DNA of 64,000 bases from Epithemia pelagica (lineage: Eukaryota > Protista > Bacillariophyta), in the NCBI GenBank assembly GCA_946965045.2, contig OX337236.1, forward strand, positions 186,001 through 250,000, read 5' to 3'. Positions 45,692 to 57,159 of this stretch are shown here, piece by piece (within the stretch, counting starts at the first letter, position 1; every line of letters begins with the position of its first letter). The notes beneath the pieces are model-generated. The model did not search any database. It had not been told where the DNA came from and saw only the letters and a program-made list of their open reading frames with translations. The position numbers were made by a program, and so were the translations under genes.

Positions 45692-46079
45692 CCTAATGCT
45701 ATTCCCAGAAATCTTAGTCTCCCCATCCCAACCTCTTTCTCTTTCCTGTTATTCCTACTCGTATTGCATTACTTGTTTCTACGATACAGGATCCAGGTCC
45801 AGTTCTATTTCTATTTCTATTCCCAAAAATGAACGACAAACGAGAATCTACCTACTTCCTAAACACATTTACTCCGAAGCAGTTAACAGCAATCCTAATG
45901 CTATTCCCAGAGATCTTCCACGCCCAATCCCAACCTCTTTCTCTTTCCTTTTTCTCCTACTCGTATTGTATTACTTGTTTCTACCATCCAGGATCCAGGC
46001 GCAGTTCTATTTCTATTCCCAAAAATGAACGACAAACGAGAATCTACCTACTTCCTAAACGCATTTACTCCGAAGCAAC
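45692..46079. repeat. ~202-bp tandem duplication
   Basis: CCTAATGCTATTCCCAGA...CAACCTCTTTCTCTTTCC...GGATCCAGG...CCCAAAAATGAACGACAAACGAGAATCTACCTACTTCCTAAAC.CATTTACTCCGAAGCA at 45692 and 45894. Confidence 0.9.
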
Positions 46080-46443
46080 TGAATGATGTATCAGAAGATT
46101 CCTTCCTGCTATGCAAGTGAAAATGGCTCAATCCAAAGACTGCCGGAGGCTGGCTGCTTTCATCTAGAGACGAACCATCCCTTGTTGTTCCCTTCATAAA
46201 AAAAGTTTCCTCAAAGCTTCATCGCCTCCAAATTGCAGACGTATAGTTGGTGCTACTTGAATATTTGGAAGTTCGTTGCCGAAACAAAACCATGGTTCCC
46301 CCCTCGACTCTATTCCGGGCCTGGAGTAAGTTCTTCAAGTATAAGAGGAGAAAGGAACGTGATATGGATTTGCAGAGTTCTCACATCGGAAGGACCAATG
46401 AAAAGTGGTCTTTCTCTTCATTCTTTATTGTTCCGTTACAATC

Positions 46444-47373
46444 ATGGGATATTTTCTCCAGTTCCATCTTGAGTCGATTGGACACCAAGAGAAACTGCTC
46501 GATTACCAGTTGACCATTTTCTTCCTCTACCTTTACTTTCGTATCGTGCTCCATGCTATTACTCATCAAGTCCTCAAGTCGACCAGTCCCATTTATGCCA
46601 ACATGCCTGACGGCCTTCAGCGTGACTGCGCCTTTATGTGCGTCGACGGTCCCTCCTTTTTTATGTGGATGCCCCTAACGCTCTATCTGGTGGTGGTCAT
46701 TCTCCACGAACAAAATCTCCAAGCTGTTTCCATGCGAGTGGGACCGCTCCTTTACGTTGGATCCGTCGCGTACCAGTTGGATCGTTTGTTTCACTTGTTC
46801 AACGTGTTTCGTGTGGATCGTTTGATCCGTCACTCTCTCACCTGCATATGGATGTTGTTGGTGTTGGAATGGACCCCTGAGTCGTTTCGGGATTACTCCT
46901 TTATTATGTTTGCCTTTACAATGGATATTTGTGCGGGACGAGTAACCAGCTTATGGTTTTTGGTGGCTCGCTTAGCACGACGCCATGCTCGCCAATGCAC
47001 AGCATCCATAACGAGTTGGGAGCTCGATGCAGCAAGTGACGGTGCTGACCAAGTCCTGATCCCCCGCTCTCCCCAGCGCATGGCGTTGTATGGGAGATTG
47101 CTGTACAGGTATGAGATTTTGACCAGTTTCGTGGCCCCAGTTATTTTGGAAAGCATTTATTTGTATCGGTACAATGATGAGATTCACTTGATGTGGAAAA
47201 TTATGGTCTTCCCGATGATGGCCGTGTATCTTACCTTGGACAAGGCCATTTGGGACAACTTTTCCAAGTTTTCCAAAGAAAGTTACTGGCTGCATTTGTT
47301 GCGCTCGCCTCCCCCCGAAAGCCACCCAAAAGACGACCAGAATGAGAAGAAAGATACTACCACTTCTTCGTAG
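46444..47373 (+). CDS. Multi-pass membrane protein, possibly TLC-domain-like; start uncertain
   Basis: ~310-aa hydrophobic ORF with several TM segments (LTIFFLYLYFRIVL, FFMWMPLTLYLVVVIL, LIRHSLTCIWMLLVL). The family call is tentative. Confidence 0.6.
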   Translation: MGYFLQFHLESIGHQEKLLDYQLTIFFLYLYFRIVLHAITHQVLKSTSPIYANMPDGLQRDCAFMCVDGPSFFMWMPLTLYLVVVILHEQNLQAVSMRVGPLLYVGSVAYQLDRLFHLFNVFRVDRLIRHSLTCIWMLLVLEWTPESFRDYSFIMFAFTMDICAGRVTSLWFLVARLARRHARQCTASITSWELDAASDGADQVLIPRSPQRMALYGRLLYRYEILTSFVAPVILESIYLYRYNDEIHLMWKIMVFPMMAVYLTLDKAIWDNFSKFSKESYWLHLLRSPPPESHPKDDQNEKKDTTTSS

Positions 47374-48429
47374 GACAGTGATAGTACGGCAACAACCGAC
47401 TGGAATTCTTCGAGTCGAGCTATCCGCATTGACGACATTTTGGAAGAACCCAGTGATTTTCTTCCGGCATAGAGCAACGATGCCCTTGCATACCTGCAGC
47501 GTGTGATAGCTTGAGCCATCAGGCCGCCATGAACACCGAGTCCTCTCCTGTTGTTGTTGTGGGCTCTGTTGGCGGTAGCCGTGAAACTGGAATTAAACCA
47601 TGTATAGTAAAAAGAACATATCGATTCATGTAGCACCGAATATTTTCATCTTATTGATTGTTTGTCGTATGAGAGTGCCGTGTAGTTCTGAGCATCCACC
47701 TCCCTCTCCGACATGGTGCAGAAAACTTGACGATGGCTGTGAATGCGAATGACAGCATATTTGCTTATTTTATGCCGCGCGGCCTTTTTGGCGAGAGAGT
47801 TGAGGCCGACGTGCGCGCAAAAACTATACTGGCGCGCAGCGGAAATGTGACTCGGGACATGGGTTCCCGGACTCAAGTAAGATCGAATCTATGGTTTCCA
47901 AAATATAACTATGTCGTGAACGGAAGTTGTACGAGTATAGTTGTATGGGACGAATTCATAGTTGTAACAAAATCATCTTGTAATCATCAGATTGGCCAAA
48001 CAGCGCGCCGAGGAATAATACTTATATAACAAGCGGTCGTTGTCGTGGTATATGAACAACCGGATGGGGGTGTCTCTATTGTTTGTGGTATGTTAAGCAT
48101 ACGACGAACACAACGTGAAGTGGGACGAATGCACGTCCGCATTGGATTCTGGGGCCAACGATCAATACCATACCCAATACCTATTCCTAATAGCGAGTTT
48201 CATCTGGACTCCCTTCCCCAGCTTAAATCGAGAGAAGCCAATCGCAATGCCCTGTCCCTAGTAGTATACACTGGTAGCTCCTCATCCATTATAACAATAG
48301 AGAACAAGGATGCGTCTGGTGACCACTCTTCTGATCTGGATGTAGAATGTAGAATGTAGATAGGTGCTTGGCCCATTCCGCTGTCCAAGTTCGAGTTCCA
48401 GTACCATTTTCCCTTCTCATCCTCTCTTG

Positions 48430-49890
48430 CTAAGTCGTGCCAGACGATGCGGATTGCAAGCTTTGCTGGACCCGATTCAACCATGTTTGTTGCATGGCCG
48501 GTGTCAAGACGGGCGGGGTTTGCAAAGTGGCCGAGACTTGATTACACGGGGTCGCAAACAAGGACGCCGAGGAAAGTTGATCGACGACTTGGACCACCTT
48601 TGGGTTCATGGAATCGCGATTGGGGCCACATCGGTAGGGGTAGAGTAAATGGGCATGTTCCGGCAAGGCCAAGACTTGAGGGTTGACAAAGACTTTGAGA
48701 GTCAACCAAACATGTTGGGCATTGTAATTCTTGCCATCCGGTCCAAACTGATCCTTCATCGTAAGTTCTTGTCGGGCCCAGCTCCGGACTTGATCCGTCA
48801 AGGATCGACTGAATTCAAAGCCGTACGATTCGTACTTGAGAATCCACCAGTCATCGGTATGGACTTCGACATGATGCCATCCACCCCAACGACTACTCGT
48901 GACAAACAAGAGAGCCGCCTTGCGCATGGTCGAAATGTAATTGTAATGATAATTGACACCCACATGCTACAATAGTATAGTTCGTAGGATGGAGAGTCGA
49001 GAAACCAAACAGAAACACGAGAATAAAAGAGAAACAGTGAACCATTCCCCACCACAAAGGGCAGGCAACAACAAGAGATTTGTCAGAGAGCCAAACGATT
49101 GATATACACGCACTGATAGAATCCGAGACATACAACAACACGGTCTGGCTGCTATCCATACTCGTAGAATAGATAGATAGATAGATCCACAAGGCCAACA
49201 ACAACACAATGGAACCACCACAACACAACCTACCTCCAAAAATTCCACGGCCCAGGCGGCATCGTACGTATCTTTCGGCCACCAGGGCCCTCGCGAATAA
49301 TCATGTTCGACCATTTGGGTCGTTCGATCGGGCAAGAGGGTCCGTTCGTAGGCATCGTGCGAGCCTTCCACACAGAGCGTGTGGGCAATGCCATGATCCA
49401 AAAACCACGAGGACGAAATGCCGCGTCCACATCCAATGTCCATGACGGATCGGACATTCAAGTCTTGCATCATGTGGGTCCAGGTATTGGGACTCACGCC
49501 ATGACCATCGTATTGGGTAAAGCCGCCCAAATGAGACTTGTCTCCGGCACCGCCATAAATTTCCCGTTTTGCATCGACATTGTCCGATGACGTCTTGTCC
49601 TCGACGCGAATACTGGGTAAATTCGGAACCGTGCCTTGCGGAATCAGCAACGGATTGGCCTTTCGATTATTCGTAGTGCGAGAGGATCCTTGGCGAACAC
49701 TATTCTTACTAGTAGTGCTGGGATCCGTCAGGAGGGCCGTCAGGGTAGAGACATCTTGTTGGCTTTGTAAGACAGAGTCGAGACACACCACAGCCATTAA
49801 AACCAAGGCCAAAAAGACCAGGATAATGACAGCCTTTTTGTTGTTCGAGGTCATGCCATTCGAAAGTTTGGAGGTTCGAGGCGCCGCCAT
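48430..49890 (-). CDS. Type II membrane class I SAM-dependent methyltransferase-like protein; exons 49890-49234, 48966-48430
   Basis: N-terminal TM, HLGGF, SAM-binding VMDIGCGRG and VEGS. YDAAWAVEFLE|HVGVN is joined across GTAGGT..TAG intron 49233-48967. Followed by GGWHHVEVH..WWILKYESYGF. Confidence 0.75.
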
Positions 49891-50187
49891 GGTGATGGTG
49901 ATTGTCTTGGTTGTTGTTTTGCGAGAAAGAGATCCGGGAGCGCACTCTCTCGTCCAAAGTCGGACGAGGGCTTTTCCAAACGATCTCTATGCTCTCCGCC
50001 GGCCGCTCCTTTCACGCAGTCGCATTTGGCGGTCGCTCTTTTTGGAAGCAGATGGGTCGCTGTGAAATCGGGGACCATGAGCCGCACCCGTCCAAAGAAT
50101 CATCACACACACTCTCTCTCTCTACTCACCACCTCCGAGACAGAGAGAAGAGAATACACAACTCTCTCTCTCTCTCTCTGATGTACC

Positions 50188-51852
50188 ATGACCGCTCAGG
50201 AACGACAAGACGATGATCCTCCGGAAGAGCAACCCATCACCACTACGAGTACCACCTCTTGGAACGAACCCAAATTGCAACAACCACAAAATTCATCCCA
50301 AGACGAGGATTCCTCGCATCCTCGAGACAACGACGACGACAAGGACAACAACAACAACAACAAGGACGATCCGGATTCTCTCCAACATGCACCACCACAC
50401 GACCAGCAATCCGTCTCCGTGGCGCAACAGGCCGCGAATCGGTTGTATCGTGGCGAATTGTTGGCTCCCATGGTTCGTGCCAGTACAACGCCCTTGCGGA
50501 CCTTGGCCTTGCACTATGGTGCCACTGCCGTGTATACCGAAGAGTTGATGGATCGATCCATTGTCCATACGACACGGGTGTGGAATGCCGACTTGCAAAC
50601 GGTCGACTATGTCAAGGATGTGAGTCAGGCATCGGCCAAGACGTTGCGACGGTTGCAACGCGAGGGAGGACCGCCACTCTTGTTGCGCATCGATCCGCGT
50701 CGAGAAGCCGGCAAGTTGATTGCTCAATTGGGAACGGGCGAACCAGACTTGGCCTTGGCGGCGGCCCAACACGTGTGTCAAGATGTGGCCGGCATGGATT
50801 TGAATATGGGATGTCCCAAAAAGTTTAGCGTGTCGGGAGGCATGGGATCAGCCCTCTTGTCCGATCCGCAACGCGCCTGTCGTATTTTGCAAACCTGGCG
50901 GACGTACTTGCCGAGTCCATTGCCCATTTCGGCCAAGATTCGATTGCTCTCGTCCACCAAGGCGCAACCAACGGTCGATTTTGTCTCGGCCCTCGTGGAA
51001 CGGGGTGGCATTCAGGCCGTGGCCATTCATGGCCGTACGGTCGGTCACCAAGACGTCGTACCGGCCAAGTGGAATCTCTTGGAACAAGTCGTACAAGGCA
51101 TTCGAGACAAGTATCCCCACATGGCCGTCTTGGTCAATGGAGATTTTTATACTCGAAACGACTTTACCCAGTTTTTGGACAAGACGGGAGCCCATGGCGT
51201 CTTGCTGGGACGACCGGCCTTGTACAATACCAGTCTGTTTCGGAAACCACCACCTCCGAGTAGTAGTACTAGTACTACTCCGACCCTCACCTACGGCTAC
51301 ACATCGCCCCTCTTGTTGGACAAGACGACCGTCATTCAAGACTATTTGCACGAGGCGGTCCGCTACGACTATCATTACAAAAACATCAAGTATGTTCTCT
51401 GTGAAATGATGAACAATCGCCGGGCCCCCACGCCGCGGGTGCGGTTTTTAAACCAAGACTATCCGGGACAGCAAACCATTGCCCAAGTCTGTGCCAGTCA
51501 ATCGTTGCAAGCCCTCTGTCAGGTTTGGAATGTCCAGTACTCTGCGGTGGCCACGGCACAACGACAGCAACAACGACAAGGACAAGGACAACCTACCAGC
51601 ATGGGGCCGTCGGATGGATCGTCCTTGCCAACCACCACGCCCGCCGCGGGAGAACACAAGTATGACGATGCCTACTTGTTGCAAACCATGGGACCCACGG
51701 CTGCATCACCCAACAAATCGTGCTCGCCCGAAACGGACACCACCGGATCCACCACCACACAAACGACAGCGACAACCACCCTAACGACTCATACTGGTTC
51801 CTCCTCGTCCTCCTTTTTGGAACCTCAACCGAAACGGACCCGTGTGGAATGA
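50188..51852 (+). CDS. DUS2: tRNA-dihydrouridine synthase 2-like
   Basis: LAPMVRASTTPLRTLALHYGATAVYTEEL, QLGTG, DLNMGCPKKFSVSGGMGSALL, SAKIRLL, AIHGRT, NGD and VLLGRPA. Confidence 0.88.
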   Translation: MTAQERQDDDPPEEQPITTTSTTSWNEPKLQQPQNSSQDEDSSHPRDNDDDKDNNNNNKDDPDSLQHAPPHDQQSVSVAQQAANRLYRGELLAPMVRASTTPLRTLALHYGATAVYTEELMDRSIVHTTRVWNADLQTVDYVKDVSQASAKTLRRLQREGGPPLLLRIDPRREAGKLIAQLGTGEPDLALAAAQHVCQDVAGMDLNMGCPKKFSVSGGMGSALLSDPQRACRILQTWRTYLPSPLPISAKIRLLSSTKAQPTVDFVSALVERGGIQAVAIHGRTVGHQDVVPAKWNLLEQVVQGIRDKYPHMAVLVNGDFYTRNDFTQFLDKTGAHGVLLGRPALYNTSLFRKPPPPSSSTSTTPTLTYGYTSPLLLDKTTVIQDYLHEAVRYDYHYKNIKYVLCEMMNNRRAPTPRVRFLNQDYPGQQTIAQVCASQSLQALCQVWNVQYSAVATAQRQQQRQGQGQPTSMGPSDGSSLPTTTPAAGEHKYDDAYLLQTMGPTAASPNKSCSPETDTTGSTTTQTTATTTLTTHTGSSSSSFLEPQPKRTRVE

Positions 51853-52750
51853 CGACGAGAGCACCGGTCCACACACACACAAACTCTCACACACACTAGA
51901 CGCAAAACAACAATGGACACATGAGGAATGGCCAACCAATACTCTGTTGTAAAGAGTGATTGAAACTCTCGAGCAGGAGAATGGATACTGCTATTGATTT
52001 GCTTCGAGGATCGCTATCAATGCGAAACAAGAACAAAACGAGAAATCGAGAGAGACGCTCGACGGCAGAACAGGATCCCACCGTCAGGACAAAGTCTTCC
52101 AACATATGGTAATAGGACTCGGGAAAATTGTCCATGCTACTTTGAGACGACAGTGCGACTCGGGTCCCCGAACTCTGAACATGAAACCGTATATAGGTTG
52201 TCTTGCGTGCTGTCCAGCGGTCCATTCTAATATATGAGTGCGTCGATCATATATGTTTGTGGTGGTCGGGGCTCATGGCTCTCTAAAGCGCAACCCGTGT
52301 GGAGGGCCACAGCGGAACTGTTGTTCTTATTGCTCGTTCTGATGAATGGATTGTAGCACACCACAAAAGGTTGGAAACGATTGATCACTCGAGTGTTGCT
52401 CGTGTTCCCAAACTTGACTGGATCCGTGTGTAGTCCATACGAAATAAAAAACGGGGTTTCCGCACCACTCCACCAACAACTACTCTGTAGGCCATCCGCC
52501 CCAAATGCCCTGCAGGATATGTGGGCGTGATACCACAATGGGGCATGTGAGCTGGGAGACTTTTTCATGGACGTCGACACACCTTTGTGTAATACCATGT
52601 CCATTTTCCCAAACTTTGTTCTAGCGTTGAAACGAACCCAAAAATATCTCTGTTTGCTTTCGTTGCCCATTAGTGCGTGAGATTTGTTGGATCATGACTG
52701 TTTCACAGCCAAAGGGAATTGACCAAAAGACCGTGCCTTGTTTCGTCCTG

Positions 52751-55060
52751 CTACTCGTCGGGATCGGGTTGGGTTTCCTGGTTGTGGTCGAGCGGATCGA
52801 TCAACACGACCATGAGATCAGCCACATTGGTTCCCGTTGGACCAGTTCGGATCAAAGGAGACAATGACTTGTTTGGATTCACTTGGCCGACAGTATTGTA
52901 GTTGTGGAAGTAGTCGTACGAATTGTGGTCTCGAAGGGCTTGGGCCGCGGTGAGAGGGGACGATCCATTGTGGGCCGTGGTGGCTCCCGTCACGACCGCA
53001 CCAGCCGCATCCGTGGGACCATCCGTCCCATCCGTACCGACACTGGCCACAACAATGTTTCGCAAGACGGGCAATCCACTGGCCAATCGTTCGTCCCGCA
53101 GGGCCAAGGCAGCCGTCAAGGCCAATTCTTGATTGCGACCTCCCCGACCCGTCGAGTTGGGTGGGATGGTGACGGTCGTTTCGCCTCCGGCAATCAAGGC
53201 AATGGGTTTCTTGTTCGTGTCATGTCCCAAACTGTAGGGAATCAAGTTGGCGGGTCCCTGTTGAATGTGTTGGGCCATGGATACCAATAGTTTGGCCATG
53301 TCTTGGGCTTCTCCTTGAAATTGGGTTCCCAAAACAATGGGATGATAGCCCATGGATTTGGCGGTTTGTGCCGCTGTTTCTACGGCCAAGGCATTGTTGC
53401 CCACCAGACATGTCCTGCGGCTGTGGGAGGATTCCGACACCTCGTCCTTGTCTGGCTCTTGACTAGATTCTTGTTCTTGTACTTCGCGTTGCACTCCTTC
53501 GGACAAGACTTGTCGAACGGTCGATGGCAATTCCGCTCCCTGTTGGGGCAAGCGTTGTTGCACCAAGGTCCACGCTTGTTGGTAGGTACTGGTATCGGGT
53601 ACCGTCGGTCCACTGGCAATCAAATCCAGCGGATCTCCAATCACATCACTCAAGATCAAACTCACCATGTCCGTCGTCGTGGTCGTCCTTGTCGTCGTGT
53701 TGGTATCACCACTGGCCGTGGTGGCCTGCGTCCACAAGCCACCGCCCTTGACCAATTCCAAGTGTTTGCGAACGACATTGATTTCGTGAATGGACCAGCC
53801 CGATTCCAACAGGATGCGATTCGTTGTTTGCAAATCGGCCAGGGAAATGGGTGGTTGTGGGGCACACAACAAGGCGGATCCTCCCCCACTAATACACACC
53901 AAGACGAGTCGTTTGGAAGTTGGTGATGATGAGGATGAAGATGAGGAGGATTGTGCTGGTGGGGGTTGAATCTGATTCAAGAGTTGGAGTGTGGCTTGGA
54001 CGGATCGATGGTCGGGAATGGGATGGGCCGCTTCGTGGACGGAAATGTTGTACCGAGCCAAATAGTCGACTTGTTCCCGTGTGGCATGGTCGTCTTTGCA
54101 AATGACCAATCCGGAAATCTTGTCGGCAATCTTGGCGGTGGTTGTGGCATCCAACGACGGTTCGGTGGTTTGCTTCTCCTCCTGATGATTCGTGTCCTGC
54201 TCCTGCTCCTGCTGTTCTCCCACAAGGACTTGTACGAGGGCCGTGGCCATTCCCGACGAGGCCTTGCCAAAGGCCACCACGACAATGTCGTCATAGTCCA
54301 ATAGATTGTAATACGACGAAGTGTCGGTGGACTCTGTCGTCTCTCGACCAATGTGCAACGTGACGACTTGGTTGGACGATGCGACTGTTTCTTCTTGTTT
54401 GTTTTCTTGTTGGATGTTGTGTTGTCGTGGTGATGATGATTCCTCCACCAAGACTCGACGACGACAATGACTGAAAATGGCAGTTTGCGGATTCACTTGG
54501 GCAATCGCTTGCTGGACAATCTCCAAACAATCGGCCGTCAGTTCTTGTTCCCGACGTTGGAGTGTCATCTCGTCCTCCTCCTCCAGACTTGTTGTCGTCG
54601 TTGTTGTTGATGATGATGTTGCCGCGAGTGCCGTGTGGCGTGTCACCCCAAACAAGGAACGAGTAGTGGTGGATGCCGGATGGGTTTGTTGGTGTCGTTG
54701 TTTCCAGTCGTTCCTGGACACGGATGAGGAGGAGGGTATGGACAAGGGTCTAGTGGTTGTGGTTGTTGCGCGGTTCCGGGAACAAGACCAACGATTGGAA
54801 AAGGCAGGCACTACCGTCATGTTGTTGTTATTGTTGTTGCTTCCCACACCACTCCCCAACCACCACGAGACCGAGTTTCTTCGCAGAGAATTCCAGCCAA
54901 GGAGGAATCCACGTCCTCGTCGTGCCGGGGTTGTAGCGGATGTTGCTTCTACGACTCCAGGAGTCGCCATCATCATCATTTTGGGACTCTTGTATGGTGA
55001 TGGAGAAACGAACCAGAGAAGACTGGTGGTTACGAGTCGTTGAACGTGGACCACCTTCAT
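52751..55060 (-). CDS. GLYCTK: Glycerate kinase, class II (GLYCTK/MOFRL family), with organellar leader
   Basis: AFGKAS, EAAHPIPD, ISGGGSALL, NVVRKHLELVKGG, SDVIGDPLDLIASGPT, AGGETTV, GRGGRNQELAL, GTDGTDGPTDAAGA and TGPTGTNVADL. Confidence 0.92.
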   Translation of the reverse strand: MKVVHVQRLVTTSLLWFVSPSPYKSPKMMMMATPGVVEATSATTPARRGRGFLLGWNSLRRNSVSWWLGSGVGSNNNNNNMTVVPAFSNRWSCSRNRATTTTTRPLSIPSSSSVSRNDWKQRHQQTHPASTTTRSLFGVTRHTALAATSSSTTTTTTSLEEEDEMTLQRREQELTADCLEIVQQAIAQVNPQTAIFSHCRRRVLVEESSSPRQHNIQQENKQEETVASSNQVVTLHIGRETTESTDTSSYYNLLDYDDIVVVAFGKASSGMATALVQVLVGEQQEQEQDTNHQEEKQTTEPSLDATTTAKIADKISGLVICKDDHATREQVDYLARYNISVHEAAHPIPDHRSVQATLQLLNQIQPPPAQSSSSSSSSSPTSKRLVLVCISGGGSALLCAPQPPISLADLQTTNRILLESGWSIHEINVVRKHLELVKGGGLWTQATTASGDTNTTTRTTTTTDMVSLILSDVIGDPLDLIASGPTVPDTSTYQQAWTLVQQRLPQQGAELPSTVRQVLSEGVQREVQEQESSQEPDKDEVSESSHSRRTCLVGNNALAVETAAQTAKSMGYHPIVLGTQFQGEAQDMAKLLVSMAQHIQQGPANLIPYSLGHDTNKKPIALIAGGETTVTIPPNSTGRGGRNQELALTAALALRDERLASGLPVLRNIVVASVGTDGTDGPTDAAGAVVTGATTAHNGSSPLTAAQALRDHNSYDYFHNYNTVGQVNPNKSLSPLIRTGPTGTNVADLMVVLIDPLDHNQETQPDPDE

Positions 55061-55539
55061 TGTTTTGGTCTTTCTACCGTTTCTAATAGAATATCCTCAA
55101 GTGTCCCTGTTTGGTTCTCCCGTTTGTAGTATGTATAGAGAGGATGAACGAACAGTTGGCAATCGACATCAATCTCTCAATCTCTATCTCTTGTCATGTG
55201 CCGATGGCACTCTCTGATCTTTTGCTCCATGGTCGGCATCGGCACACCCACGTCACTTTTCGGTCCGTTCGACGCGTCTGCAACGCGACCAAGATAAAGC
55301 GTCCCAGAAGCGACCCATGAAAGATCATTCATCCCAAACCCCAACGACGATCCAAAGATACGACCATAATCCTATTAAAGGTCCGTATCGTTTGGCTCTG
55401 CAGTTCCGACAGCTCGCTCTCTTTCGGTCGTCCGAGAGGTGGAGGATTGTGAGAAGCCGTGTAGACTAGTGAGCAGTTGTTGTTGTTGTTGGTTCGACTA
55501 AAAAATCATCTAGGTAGCACCGTCCGTAGCATATCCATC

Positions 55540-57159
55540 ATGTCCACCAACGACACCAATACGGACCCCCATCATACACAAGACAGTGAATCAGCAAGCG
55601 AGATGAAGAACAAGGATGTGTTGAGCAAGATTCCGCAACGACCCTTTTCCTTGCGCACAACAACAACATTGTCATCATCATCATCCTCATTCCCCTCTTC
55701 GGTTTCCATTGTCGGGTTGGGATGTTCCTCTTTTTCCACCTTTTTTTGGTCGCCCGAGGATTGGCAGCGGTCGTCCACCAACAGCAGCCGCCAGGACGAC
55801 ACCCACAACTCGCAATCTTTTTCGCAGTGGACCGTTGACCAATTGGACCGCGAACATCCCATGGTCCAAGAATGGATCGATACCATTGCCTATGCGATTC
55901 AAGAGGCCGGTATTACCGTGTTGGATACCGCGCCCTGGTATGGTCATGGCACCTCCGAAGTGGTTGTGGGATGGGCCTTGTCCGAACTCTTGATTTCTAC
56001 TACAGACGATACACCAAATATCGACACGACGAATGACACGGACACTACAACAACAACAACAACTACCCGTCGTCGTCGTACCGTTCGTCGCGACTTGATC
56101 ATGATTAATACCAAAGTGGGTCGTTACGAGGCCGATCCGGTTCGGCAATTTGCTTTTTCGTACGAAACCACCATTGCCTCGGTGCAACGATCGGTCCAAC
56201 GGTTGCAGTGCCAGTACCTAAATGTGATTCAATTGCACGATCCCGAATTTGCTCCGTCCCTCAACCAACTCTTGGACGAGACCATTCCGGCCCTCCTAGA
56301 GTGTCGGGATACCCATGGATGGTGCAAGGCCTTGGGCCTGACGGGCTATCCCTTGCACATTCAACATCAATTGCTCCAAGCCACACTTGAGCGGTTTCCC
56401 AATCAGGATCAAGGCATTTGGAGTCAAGCACTGGTCTATGGACATTACAATTTGTGCGATACCAGCTTGTTTCAACCCACCCTAGGTGTCGTGCCAAAAG
56501 AACATCAACAACACGACGACGAGAACCAGGAACAAACGGTTAGCTTTGCCACGTACTGTGCCAACCAGGGCCTGACCGTCTTGGCGGCGGCACCCTTGTC
56601 CATGGGATTGTTTACCAATGTCGGTCCACCGGCGTGGCATCCCGCCACGGTGTCACTGCAAGAGGCCTGTCGGACGGTGGCACAATTGTGTCGGGACGCC
56701 AGTGTCAACGTGTCGGAACTCGCCTTGCTCGTGGCCTTGGCCGAACCACACATTCCTTGTACCATTGTCGGTTGTAAGAATGTAGCGCAAGTCCAAGCCG
56801 CCCAACGCGTGGCCCAACGGGTCGCATCGATCCCAGAACCCGAGGGCAACTCTGGCTTGTCCTCCTCGACTGTCAATGTTGGAGCAGGAGAAGGACCCAA
56901 CCATTCGGCCGTTTTGTTACGCCGGATGCTGCAACGATTGCGACCCGTCTTGTCACGGGCCGAAGTGCACGTCTTGGAGCAACTTTGGAATCCCCACAAT
57001 GGTCCATTCGCCTCGGTATGGAGGACGCACGACCATCAATGGGATGGTGTCCAGGAAGCCATTTCCTTTTGGAGTCGCATTCCCAATGCTCCCATTCCCC
57101 AGTGGCATGCACCGCCACCACGACCCTTTTTGTCGTCCGGGGAACAAGCGCCATCCTGA
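55540..57159 (+). CDS. Aldo-keto reductase, L-galactose/D-arabinose dehydrogenase-like
   Basis: VGLGCSSF, DTAPWYGHGTSEVVVG, NTKVGRY, SVQRSVQRL, IQLHDPEF, GLTGYPL and AAAPLSMGL (Asp/Tyr/Lys/His tetrad present). Confidence 0.88.
   Translation: MSTNDTNTDPHHTQDSESASEMKNKDVLSKIPQRPFSLRTTTTLSSSSSSFPSSVSIVGLGCSSFSTFFWSPEDWQRSSTNSSRQDDTHNSQSFSQWTVDQLDREHPMVQEWIDTIAYAIQEAGITVLDTAPWYGHGTSEVVVGWALSELLISTTDDTPNIDTTNDTDTTTTTTTTRRRRTVRRDLIMINTKVGRYEADPVRQFAFSYETTIASVQRSVQRLQCQYLNVIQLHDPEFAPSLNQLLDETIPALLECRDTHGWCKALGLTGYPLHIQHQLLQATLERFPNQDQGIWSQALVYGHYNLCDTSLFQPTLGVVPKEHQQHDDENQEQTVSFATYCANQGLTVLAAAPLSMGLFTNVGPPAWHPATVSLQEACRTVAQLCRDASVNVSELALLVALAEPHIPCTIVGCKNVAQVQAAQRVAQRVASIPEPEGNSGLSSSTVNVGAGEGPNHSAVLLRRMLQRLRPVLSRAEVHVLEQLWNPHNGPFASVWRTHDHQWDGVQEAISFWSRIPNAPIPQWHAPPPRPFLSSGEQAPS

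Noticed and set aside
5567-47472. Non-standard genetic code (stop reassignment) explaining interrupted genes
   Set aside because: The interruptions use TAA, TGA and TAG as well as frameshifts, and intact genes terminate normally with all three stop codons.
52227-52670. 147-aa ATG ORF between DUS2 and glycerate kinase
   Set aside because: No motif or paralogue in the window; cannot be distinguished from chance or a decayed remnant without a database search.
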